Source of the DNA: Paramecium tetraurelia
Taxonomy: Eukaryota
DNA: 64,000 bases
Direction: 5' to 3'
Assembly: GCA_000165425.1 (NCBI GenBank)
Contig: CT868574.1
Location: forward strand, 1-64,000
Shown here in pieces: positions 1-12,718 of the stretch (position 1 is the first letter of the stretch; each line of letters opens with the position of its first letter). Under the pieces are notes generated by a model. That model did no database searches, was not told where the DNA came from, and saw only the letters and a list, made by a program, of their open reading frames with translations. A program made the position numbers and the translations under genes.

Positions 1-299
1 AGTTATGATGTTATTTATAATTTTAGGCTTTATTTCATAAATTATGGTTTAAGTTTATAATGACAAAAGGAATTAAAAATTTCTTATTTGATCTTAAATA
101 TTCGAAGAACTTATTTATATATGTAATAAGTTGGATTGAATATTATTCATTAGTAATTATTTATTAGTTAATATCAATTAAGAAACCTTTGAATTAGTTG
201 CTTCACCAAGTCACAATCTGACAATCAAATAATGTAATTGATTTCTTGCATAAAATTCCATTTTTTTAATTTGAATCTTTATTATATTTTTTCTATTTT

Positions 300-2040
300 T
301 TCGAATTAATATTTTTATTATATTTGTCGAATTGAATTAGAAAAAGAATGTACATTTTGAGTTCTAATTTGCTTTATGAAAAACACAATCATTTTTTCTT
401 TAAATCTAAATGCTCGTTTTGCTGTTAGATAATTCATGTATTCAAGCAGATTAGATTTATCTTCACTTTTATTGAAGTTTTGAATGCCATTTTTTCAAAA
501 ATTTCCTAAGTGTTAAACTCTGCTCAGGCAGAAAAATAGAAGAATTGATAAAAAAGTGAATAAGGAGTGGAAAGTGATCTCAATCATCGATAAGAACATT
601 CTAATTTATTCAAATGCTTTCAAGACAATGCATTTGCACTTCTAATAGAAGAGTTAAAACCGGTCAGATTGATAAATATTTAATTTTTGCAATAAATTTG
701 TTAATTCTCGTAATGTTTGTAATTTTGTAATTGAACACTGTAGGTCTCAGGTTATTAAACTGTCCTTGAGAGTTTCCCCCACATTTTATCTGAAATTAAA
801 AGAAGTGAAGTTTTTTGTAATTTATCATTTTTATTTTTACTTTATGTTTTATCAAAGTTCTTACTTATGTACTGATCATTTCACAAAGATTTCATAGGGG
901 GAGAGTTGGAAATGATATAATTTAAATGTTAGGAGACCTGAAAATCCTTCAAATCTGCAAGAAAAATTATAGGTATGTTTTTACTTTTTCTAAAAGATGT
1001 ATCTTTTTTTTAAGTTTTTCAGCCTAAAAATATTTACCTTGGATGAAATAAACCAATAATTACCTTGCAGTTTTAGAGTAATATTATAAATATTCTGATT
1101 ATTGATTAAGCAAGAGAATTCATGGTATTTATGGACGAATGCAGTAATTAATTTAATTATTGTTATATAAGTGAAGTTTCTTTTGTTAAGAAGAACTCAA
1201 TCGAGGGTGCATTAAGCCTTTAGCATCTACTTGATGCATCCCTACCAAGATTAACTTAAGATAATTTAGGAGTATCAAGTAGCAAGGATTCAACGATTGT
1301 AATAAATATAAAATATAGAATTCTGCTGAGTTTATTCATAAGTATAGAATTTAACTATTTTAGTAGAAGAAACTCTGATCTCATCATACAAATAGGATGA
1401 AAAAAAAAAAGAAATCATTTTCTTAACGGAACTATAGATATGTATTTAGTAAGCAAAATGCCAACCCTTGAAAATTATTTGACAATGATAAGATAAGTCT
1501 TTGCTATTTTTTCATTCATTAACAATTAAACTTTTACTGCTAATATTGAAGGATTAATTATGAACTTTCTTTATAAGCTTCAAAAGTGGGATCATCAATT
1601 ATCATTAATCCACTCTACTATTACAAGGTCAATACATTGCCTTCAAAAAAATGTCCGAATAATAATGGCATTTAGATTCTTCATCAAGAATTGCTGAGGC
1701 AAGAATGGCCCTTTCAAAGATTAAAGATCAAATCTTGGTCAAAAAAAAAGGGTTCTTTTGAAGTTTGCTCAGCTTTCATTTTTATTTGACATAAAATGAT
1801 TTAAAACTCAAAGGAATCAGAAATGCTATGCAAAAGAGGATGAGAGAATTTATAAGAATGGAAAGGCTGAAGGAGGAAGTTAAAAGAAAAAATAAAAATA
1901 ATTCTGTTGAATAAAGAAGAAAAATAATACATTAAGAGTTCAGGAAAGCATAATTTCCTATACTCTACCAAAAATAAACATAAGGAGGCATAATCACACT
2001 TCATCCTAAGAATTAAAATACTTTTATATGTAATGAATGA
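300..2040 (+). pseudogene. Unidentified degenerate coding-like remnant
   Basis: Protein-like stretches in ciliate code (e.g. ...SSRIAEARMALSKIKDQILVKKKGFF* and LKGIRNAMQKRMREFIRMERLKEEVKRK near 1680-1890) are broken by TGA and frame changes. No recognisable motif. Confidence 0.2.
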
Positions 2041-2814
2041 ATCAAATGAATAATAATTATGTTATAATATTTAAGTGTATTAGATTCTAATTAATTTTTA
2101 ACTCTTAATTATAATTTACCTCTGATCTTAAACCTAATAAGGAGTATGACCTCATGGAGATTCTTTAAAGTAATATATATCATCAATTATGATGAATAAA
2201 ACTTTTCAAAATATGCAATCAATATAAATGTAAACTATTGTATGAACAAATAATCTACTACAAATAGATAAACATTATATTTGATTAAAAATTTAATTTA
2301 ATTAGTTATTCGATGATGATTTAATGTAAAAAAAACGGAAAGTTGATATTATCATATATATTTTGGATAGAAATAATTTCAATTCTAAATAACATCATAT
2401 TCGATTTTTAAATTAGTCATCGATCAGATCATGAAAAAATGGTTTTAAGTTTAAATCATAAATAATCTAAATCTATTTAATTTTATTAGCCTATTGAAGA
2501 AAATAATTTGTAAATCACTTAATTAGTTTAATTTTTTAAAAGTGATAGGTTCCTAATGATTAGATGAAATTTTGAGAAGTTACAATTTTTATCTTTGCAT
2601 AAAAAAAATAAAAAAAACTGAGTAATTTCTTAATAACTTTTGAAATACTTTATCTATGCTGATGATTTTCGACGTTTGTTTAATTTATTTTAGTTATGAA
2701 TTCTAATAATATTTAATTTAAAAAAATAAAAAAAACTGCATTAAACTTATTAAATGCTTGTTTATATTTAGAAATAAAGACTAAAATTAAGATAATCTAG
2801 AATAACATCATAAA

Positions 2815-5800
2815 TCAATGCTCTGAATGCAAAGATTAAACTTAAATTTATTAAGAATTAATCTAATCTGATGGAAAATCATCTTCTGCCAAATTTTCAA
2901 TGATGTAGCCATCTATACTTTTATTAATTGCATTAAGTGTAACTTTGGTATTTAAGGTAAAAGAATAAACATCTTCATAATCTTACTCCAGCAATTATTT
3001 AGTAATTTCACTAACATGAACCTATCCCTTTTTGCCATTGGATTCCATTTTATTTGCAATTAACACATCCGGTCCATAGATATCGTATCTCACTATATCG
3101 GTTCCCATCACTCCGCCTAAAACACACCCTGTATGAATCCCTATCCTCATATCAAGTCCATCAAAATTGATTTATTTCCTGACAACTTCTATAATTCTTA
3201 TCATTTCAAATGCTAGGTCTACAATATTTTTAGCTTCTTCTGTTGGATTTCTTTCATTATAATCAATCATGCCGAATGCCACGTAGCAATCGCCAATTGT
3301 ATATAATTTATAAACATTCAATTCATAACATTTTCGATCAAATTCAACAAACAGATTTTTAAGCATAAGCAAGACTTCTTCAGGTGTAACCTTACTCGAA
3401 TATTCAGTGAACCCGGCAATATCAGCAAATAAAATTGTAACATTCTCTATTTTGTCACTTAAACATCTTGTTCTATTATTATCATCAAGGAATGTTTGTA
3501 AAATCTATCAAATTTAATTATAGGTTTACATGCTTAGGAAGTAGGTACTATAATAATTATGATTCTTTAGCTTGTTGGCTTTAAAATATATTTTTCTAAT
3601 TGAAACAAGCCACTTGTTACTCTTCCAAAAAGTAACAATAATTTATGTTATAAATCATCACTATGAAGGCAAAAAAAAGTGATATACGATGTTCATTCGA
3701 AAAAATCAAGACAAAGGCTTCAAAAATAAAGGAGCAAATGCAGAACAAAATTTTAATCCAAAAATGCAATAATTAAATATTGCTAAAAAATGATTGAATA
3801 AATATCATTTCTATGATGTGAGAATATCTTAAAAACAAAGACATATCAACAATCACAAAAACGCCAGCTATGATAAGCTAAAAACTCAAACCTATATAAA
3901 TCAATTATACCCAATAACCTATCATTCTTTTCTTATAAATCATTAAAGATATAATATTTAGCGTGCATCCAATCCATTACAGTATTATTAAAGGTAATGA
4001 AATATCATTATATTCTCCAATCAAGCAAAACTGTTTGATAAGGTAATAGAATGAGTAAATTTAAATTATTCTATTAGTCACTTATTCTGATTATTTATAA
4101 ATGTATTCATGATATTCCAAATAATTATTTTAATTTGAATTATAGGATCTTTTTAGTAAAGATAGAAACGAATTTTGCAGAATTAGTGTTTCTTCTAATC
4201 CATTCTCATTCTTTAGTAAAATCACATTCTAAATTAATTATATTATTATTACTAATAATTAATCGTAATCAATATAATGGTCTACTTCTGGTTAATACTC
4301 TTCTAAGTGAAATTTGCGATGAAATACACATGCTAATTGTTGAATAAGTTCTGGTTTTTTGATATTCCTACTCAATCTATCATCATGATCATGGTCTTTT
4401 TATAAGGGATTGAGATTATTATTGGATAAGGATAAGGAATTCTATAATCCATTTTTAATGCTATTTTCTTCAGACAACGATTGAGAATTTTATTAAGCAT
4501 TTTATTGTTGGAAGTTCCAAGATAATTAGAATTGTAATAATTATTTTGAGCGTTGATTTAAATTATCTTGGATTGCAATAGATCTCTTTTTTAACCCTCC
4601 TTTCTAAAATGATTAAGTTCTCACTCTATTTGCAACGTTAATTGTATTTTATCTGCTGTTACTATTATTCATAGAATTTTTAGCAATATAATTTTTTGTA
4701 TTCCCTTTCTAAATGTAAACATAAGTAGGTCTTTATCCTAAACCTTTCATTTCAACATATCTCACTTCAAACTCTATTTTTTCATTTTTTAATTATTCAA
4801 AGGCCTTCTCTGATAAGATGATTCTATCTTCTTAACCTGTTGAACATACTCTACTTGTAGTGTTGACTGTATCTCCAATTAATGAAAATTATGGTTTGTG
4901 AAATCCTATAACACCAGAAATTGCTCTTCCATAATGAATCCCAATCTTACCAATTAAAGGCTAACTTTAATGGCCCCATCTAATATAATAACTATTTAAA
5001 TATACAGTTTTGATCTAATGTAAGTAATCATCATTTCTGCTAAGTTTAGAGCTCTTTAAACAGGTTGAATTTCTGATAGATATGCTAATTCTTATTCGCA
5101 AGCTTTAAGCCCAGCTGCAGCCATATATGTTTTACCAACAGTTTCAATTTTCTAAACACCACATATTTCACAATATTTATCAAACGTTCGAAACAAGTCA
5201 TCCAAAAATGATATTATATTTTCTTACTCTTCCATTATAATTTAATCGAAGTTGCAAATATCACAAAATACAATGGCTACGTTTCCCTAGTTTTAATGGA
5301 TGTTATATTAATCAGCTAAGCATTTTTAAATTAAATTACTTTCATTTAGACGATGTCTAACAAATTTAGGCAACAAAATTCCCAAAATATCATTTATTTT
5401 ATTGTTTTCTTCAATAAAATTTATTTAGTTTGTAGCTTAATCCTCTTCAAGTAAAATAAACTATATATTTATATTAATTACATAGCTTTTGATTATGTAT
5501 TATTATATTGAAAAGAATAAAATTATGGATATCTTAAATATGACAAAGTAAGGACTTATATCAACATTCAATAAAAATCTATCTATAATAATACTGATGT
5601 TACATGACAAAATATGCAATTAATACAATTATTATTGGGATTAAATATAATCTGTTATCGTAAATTGGATGTAGTTTACTAGATATTTGAAAAGTAACAA
5701 TGATTTCAGAAAATGTATGATAATATGATGACATTTCAGTTATTGATAATCCAAAAACTGCCATAAATGTGGCTATTCCTGACATCATGTATTTAACTAA

Positions 5801-8800
5801 TTCTAAATATTACATCTATCTTGAATTCAAATGATATAGTAATTAAAAAACAAATATCACTATTAAAAATATTTAGTAAACAATGTAGGTGATGAGAAAA
5901 TAGTAACTAGTAGCAGACTAAGAATAAATAATAATGAGCATCTAACAATGAAAGAAAATTAATTATAATCCTTAGATTCTTGATTTATTTTTCCATTTCA
6001 TTATTGATTGAGCTTTTTGAAATATTTAGGATTACCATTAACCTAAGTTCTAAAACAATTACTTTTAACTTAGTAAGACTTAAAAGTTATCATAATTAAT
6101 TACGCTTTTATAGATTAAAATCCACCTATTCAATATTCTCAAAGATTTTATTTATTTCTCTTTGCAAATTTAAAATTTATGTTTGTTTTTTGTTGATAGA
6201 TTCTTTTTAATGAGTTATGGAATTTGCTATTTTTTGAAATAATTCTTTCATTTCAGGTAATTATAAAACAAAAAGATGTTAAAAAAATGATTCACTTACT
6301 TAAAATACAAATATTACTAGTAATATTTCAAACAAGTTTGTAATTTCAAATTTAAACTCTATGCTTTGAGCTACAATGTTAAAATGAATTAATAAATAAA
6401 ATAAATATGATAAACTGTAAATTATAAAGGCAGCAACCTTTAATTAATAACCGATTTAAAGTAGCAAACTAATTAAATCATTTAGTGTTATTGAAAGAAA
6501 ACAATAAACAATAACAACATCTACTGATTAGATTTAACTTTAATAGATAAATATCAGTTAAGTCATTATGCCTTGAATAATTGCTAAAAATAAACTAATA
6601 ATTTACATTTAATTCCAATTTAAATATAATAGGACTTATTTTTCGATTAATTAATTATTGATTTTATAATTTTCAATTGATATTGGTCTCTTTTAGTATT
6701 TAGACCTTACTATTTAATAAATTATATTGAAGTAACGATATAAATGATTAAGGAGTACACATAAGAATAAAATAGAAATTCCAAGATTAAATTCTTTTAA
6801 TTGTTAAAAAACCAAACCGTGGTTATATAAACAGTAATAGCAAATGATGAAAAATACATAGTTCTCTGAAAAGCAATCAAAAACTAATACTTTGTTAATA
6901 TGTTCAATAAAGGAACTTAATAAAACAAGAGATCATTTAGTTCATTAAATCCTTGTAATATTGCATCAGAATTGTGATAAATTAATAATTCGTTAAAGAG
7001 ACCTAATTTGATAATCCAAATTTATTACATCTTTCATAAATTAATCTAACTTTCAGGGATTGTATCATATTTTTGAAAAAGGTTTGTTTATTAATATTTT
7101 CATATTTTACTTTTTGAAAGTAACTGAATTCTTGTAATAAAGCGATTTATAAATGTTATCCTAGATGGCATTTTAATAATGTTTGATTTTCAAAAATCAA
7201 ATTTAATGTTAAATTTGGTTCATCAAACAAGTTTTATATGAAATTCAAAGATTTATTATTTGCACCATACAAGAGAATTACTTTTGACAAGGAAAATAGC
7301 AATTTCATATGGTTCGCCATATAGTTGCTATTTTCAATAATTTTACATGCTTAACTGTTCAGCATTATTGTAATTGGAGTGGTTGTATTGAGATCTTCCT
7401 AAACTTTCTTGTTTGAAAGTTAAGAGGATATGGGGTTGACTAATTTATTAAACGATTGCACTTAAGAATTTGATACATTATTTTACTCAGAGAATAATTA
7501 TGTAAATTATGATAAAGATTTCTTTAAGTAAGCTTTTAAATCATCATCATTCTCTTGATCAAAAATTAATTTAAAATGAGTCTATATATCTGTCTATTGA
7601 ATAGTTGAGTAAGCATAAGAAAAGTGTTGCTCAGTATAAAAGAATAATGATAATTCTGATTTTTCAAAATTTCTTATGAATTCTTAAGCTTTTGGTTTTA
7701 AGTTATATTTAAAGCCTAAGGTGATGTTAAATTGCAAAAAGGGCTCCAAATAACTATAAATAAATTCTTCACTTTCGTAAGTGTTCTAATATTAGAGCTA
7801 TTATTAATTAACATAATATGCAGCATCTTCATGATTAAGGAGGCATGAGTAGTAATGAATTTAATGAAGTTACTCCAAATCTACTTAACTAAAAAAATTG
7901 ATTGACGACTTTTAGCTAAGTTTGTTTTCATCTTAGCTGTCAGATTTCTTATAATTTGCTTCTCTTACTAATAAAATATATTCAGCATTTAATGGCTTTT
8001 CAAAATCAGGATCTAATTCAAATAGCATATAGAGCCTCTGAGTATGGTGGTGAATTTGAAAATCAATTAACTTAAATGAGTAAAGTTTTTAATTTATTTA
8101 AACAACATATGCTGAAATATTCCTAAAGTTGATAATTTAATATTTTACTAAACATTATTTACACAAATGAATTCAAATCCAAACGCTTTGGCAATGTAGA
8201 TTTGTTTTTCATCCAACAAATTTACCTATGTATTTTTAACTTTTTCTTCTCCTGTCTAACCATATGTGAGTTTGGAATAGGAAATATGATTCATTGCTAA
8301 TTACAGCAATATAACATTATAGATTTCGCCTTCGCTTATAATTATTTTGATTATATCATTTAACAATACAGATTTCTTATCATATCTGCTATCCTTTAGA
8401 GTCATCTACCTTACACTTTTGCTTTACATCGAAAGATGAACTTTGTTAGTGCTGGATTTCGCTTAATACTCGCTTTTATCTGGATTAATACTTTAATGCT
8501 ATATCAGTCCATTGCATTCTTATTGAGTGTTATCGTTGATAGTAAAATTGCTTATTAGTCTAAAACCAACAGATTAAGGGATATTAAGAACCATTTCTTC
8601 TTGTGCTTCATAACTAAAAATTTCATCTTCTAAATATCTGCCAGAATTTTATGAATTATTTTATAGTTTAGTATTTTAGTTTTAATTAGTATAAGATGCT
8701 TAAATATCAACAATTTTGGACTCATCTTTAGAATCAGCAGACTTAAAGATATTTTAGCTAGAGATTGAAGTTGCATAGACTTAAGCTTACATCATTAAGT

Positions 8801-10515
8801 CATGTTCTCTACAATGACAAATTCTTTAATTGCAAATAATAGCCCTTAATTCAAATGTTCCCTCTAATAATGAATCTAAATTCATAGTCAAACGCTTATA
8901 TTATTGATAGTATTCTGGATGAAAGGCTTTGATCTGCTTAATTTCCAATTAACTAATCTTATTAATAATACGTTATTAGAATATTTAAATTAGGTCATAG
9001 TATAATTTGAAACTATGAGGCAATAAAAATAATAAGTAAACTAAATCTTAAACTAGGTAGGATATCATATCTTAATATTTATTTACAAATCTATTCTAAT
9101 AGGTGATGATGTACATAGACTCTAATAGATTATGAATAATTTACTATTAAAAAGGCAAAGTAGAGCAAAATCATTGACATAATCAATCTTGATGAATAAT
9201 TAGGAACTTGAGGTTTAATTTTAAATTGTTTATAACAACGACAATTCAATCCAACTTAGATTACAATCCCGATTACCCAAGGAGTGTTTAATAATTTTTC
9301 TTGAGCAAAAATAAAATTTTGATCCTCAATAACTTTGGATTATGGATCTTTTTTGAGTTAGAAATATCCTGAAATATTATTAGCATTTTCATTTAGCTGA
9401 ATGTTGCCAGTGAAGGACTTTTTGAATAAGACAAGATTATGAGAGTCAACTAATAATAAATAAAATTTTATATATACATTTATTTTGAACCAAGGGTTTT
9501 CTAATGGTAGTGTTTGAATATTCGCATAGTTAATTGGAAATGGCAAAGTTTTCATCATTACAATACAAGACTAGAATATCACAAGAAGCTATTTGATTCC
9601 TTTCTACTATGATAACATCTCCTATTTTAATTTCGGCAGCTGTGATAGATTTAATGAGATCAATTTTGTCAGCAGTATTAGCAGCTTTCAAATCGATTAT
9701 CTTTTTTGAACGCGAAGTATTTTTCTCAAAAATACAAGGTACTTATTGCATGAACTTTCTAATAGCTGGATCCTATACAAATTTGATTTTTAATTCATTT
9801 TTAATAATCATGTCTTCATGAATGAGTGGACTCATCATTGATACTCTTGATCCCATCCTATCCATTCTATCTTACCTTGGAGATCCTGCAGGTCTCCCTT
9901 AATTGATTGATTGCCTAGAAAATTAGGATTGAACTATTAAAATATAAGGATAAAATTACCAGAAGACCTGCTTTTCCAACTTTACTGACGTTATAACTGA
10001 TCATTCATTATTTGAATAACACGGTCCTTTTCTTTAATTTCATCATTCTTAGGTTTTTATGATGCCTTTTATTTGATTCGCTTTAAGATCTCTTTATTGC
10101 TTATACATTCATCCCATTATTTCAATATTTTATTTTCTTGATTGTTAAGTTTATTGTCTAGCCCATTAATTTTGAATTTATTGTACAACTCAACACTTAT
10201 ATGGGCTAATATTTAAAAGGAGAAGATGAAATAAAATTCATATTGTGGTGAATCTCTACAATATTAAGATAATTACATTGACCATATAGAAGCAAGTATA
10301 ATCAAAGAAATAATAGACAGAGTGATATAAATGATGTTATTCCTTGCAATTCTAAAAGGAGCAAATACAACTATAGACAAAATGGAGGATGTTCTATTAA
10401 TGCGATTGGAATAAGTAGAGTATCCGTCAAGCCTGATGACCTCGCCTTTCCTGAAATGCAGCTGAAATTAAGGATGAATATTGCACTTAATAAGTCTTTC
10501 TTTTGAATTGCTCAT
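2815..10515 (-). CDS. Alveolate-type membrane guanylyl cyclase with N-terminal P4-ATPase-like domain (~2500 aa)
   Basis: N-terminal P4-ATPase-like segments: YSNRINRT, IKIGDVIIVERNQIASCDILVL, LLNTPWVIGIVIQVG, LLPHSFKLYYDLIQIFQ, SDAILQGFNELNDLL. Then TM block, cyclase domain KIETVGKTYMAAAG...IGDTVNTTSRVCSTG, second TM block, and cyclase domain FADIAGFTEYS...KLYTIGDCYV...YDIYGPDVLIANKMESNG. TGA at 2815-2817. Several ~21-28 nt introns. Start is approximate (ATG 10515). Confidence 0.93.
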
Positions 10516-10577
10516 AGTGTTGAAAGAGTTTATACATTTAATTAATAATAATTTTACTAAAATTGCTATAAAACCTA

Positions 10578-12343
10578 TCATATTCCTGTGATTAAATAAA
10601 ATGTTCTTGGAATCAGATATTGGATGATTCCCCATTTCTGCTCAACTAAGCTGTCATTAATGAGAATCCTAGCGTAATATTCAGTCAAATATAAGGTGAT
10701 CATCACAGAAGTTCCTATATACATCAAAACCCAAAATAAAATGTTAAACCAGCCCTTCTATAATAATGAGAAATACCTATTTAAAGATTTCCTTGGCCTA
10801 AATGAATAAAATACCTGGCCCAGTAAATAAAAGAAAACATATCGGGTAGAAAAAACCTAAGGCAAAAGTAAGTATAATCTCATGTATGACGGCAGAGCAG
10901 CCAAAAGTGATCAATTATCTAAAAAGTCGGCTTCTTTTTCCTTAACTTAATTTCTCGCTATCCAAATAAACATAATAGTAGAGGAATTCGTGAACTATAA
11001 CATTCCATTTTCTATAATATTATCCAAATTCTGAGGCTGTCCACCAATCATGATAGAATGTTCTGTCTGGAAATCTCAATAGTTCTGCCCATCCATTAAA
11101 CCAACTGTGAAGTAATCCAAAGAAGACCAGAACGAGTGAAAAAGTAGACGGCATCATCAACTTGTACAAAGTTACTATGAAATTCATCAAAGTCAAGTTT
11201 TCTCTACAGATTATTTTATACAATACCTCAATTAAAGTATTGGCTCTTTGCAGAAAGATCTGAATAGAATAAACCCATAATAAATGCACAAAAAGAAATT
11301 GGCGAATTCTATGATCACTTTTTTTCTAGAGTAATTTGGAGCCTTCACGTAGTAGTCTCGGTATAACAAGGTTGGAGCCAAGGAGAAATAAGTGTACCTC
11401 TTGAGTTCTTAAGAAAGCGATTGAATATTGATGTCTGGAAGCAAAGCATTTTGTTTAGTTATTCCTTTCTTTTCGAAAGATTACAGAATGAAATATTTAT
11501 ATTTATTTTCTGTACCATAAAGCATCTTATTACGAGCATAAGAATAGTTTTTCATCATCATTCTGACTGCTTCACACATCACAATCATCCTTGAACCAAA
11601 TCCATTCTATATTAATTAAACTTATTTACCACCCAAGCAGTTGTCATATAACAAGCTGCCATAATGCTTATTATCTAATGAAGACTGAATACAAGAATAG
11701 CTGTGAATGGTTTTATCTTATTTTAGTTACAGTAGATCACCCAATATACAGTCAAATAACTGGATAAAACTAAAGCAAACCAAATTTCTGCTACTAACAA
11801 TGGAGTCTAAAAGCACCAGAAGAATGTATCCATGTCAAATATGATACCTCTCTCCAAATAGTCTTATATCCATAGGTTTCCCATCAAAATAAACATACTA
11901 GCCATTATCATATGGTAAAGAGTTTTATAATCAGACTATTTCATCATTTCAGACAAAAGAGATGGTTTATATCTATTTAATTTTGATTCAATTCATACCT
12001 AAACACTTTCTCCATTTATTTTTCCTCATGATTTGTTGAACTTACTTTGTGGTCAAATTGATCATCTCTTAATTCATGAATAGTTTTGGAAATCTATTAT
12101 TCAAATTGTTCCATTTCCTCTCGTATGGAGTCTTCTAACTTCTTTTATGATTGCAATATTCTATTCTCAATATGGTTGATCATTTTGGCTTTGTACTCAA
12201 ATAGATCATTCTCCAATTCCTTATTGGGAAACTCTTTCAAAATATTGGCTGATATCTTTACTTTTTTAAGATGCAATTGCTGTTGTAGGTAAAGAAGAGT
12301 CGTTCTCTTTTTCCATCTTTATCAATTGTTACTTCTTTCTCAT
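10578..12343 (-). CDS. Sterol O-acyltransferase (ACAT/SOAT, MBOAT family)
   Basis: FSLAPTLLYRDYY, FFGLLHSWFNGWAELLRFPDRTFYHDWW, YYRKWNVIVHEFLYYY, SAVIHE motifs. A 28-nt first intron restores the frame from ATG 12343. TGA at 10578-10580. Confidence 0.9.
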
Positions 12344-12356
12344 AAAAATATAATTT

Positions 12357-12660
12357 ATGATGCCCAATAAACTTCGGCCCTTAAGATAGAATCAATAAGA
12401 AACGGCTAACACGCGTGTATTTCTGTTGCAAATTACAGATGTTGCCATTAAAGAGACACATTGATGATCAATTTTAACTTCCAAATGTACTTTGTCAACA
12501 AAAAGCCCTCTAATATTCCAAGATTGGCTTTGACGATAGTGATAAAAAGGAAAGATGTTATTCTCTCATTTTCAAATACAACATTAACTTATAAGACTAT
12601 ACGACGTTACATTAATATAATTTACTTGCATTAAAGATTTTATTTAATATAATGAATAGT
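12357..12660 (+). CDS. Small hypothetical protein (3' end uncertain)
   Basis: ATG 12357, MMPNKLRPLRQNQQETANTR, then a 22-nt GT-AG intron and MLPLKRHIDDQFQLPNVLCQQK... Higher GC than the flanks. Stop not firmly placed. Confidence 0.35.
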
Positions 12661-12718
12661 TTAAATTTGAACATAATATAAATTCAATATTTATAGACAT
12701 AATTAAATATAAAAACAC

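Noticed and set aside
6780..6900. Suspected frameshift in the guanylyl cyclase TM region
   Set aside because: A careful recount of the homopolymer keeps the frame open (RTMYFSSFAITVYITTVWFFNNQKNL).
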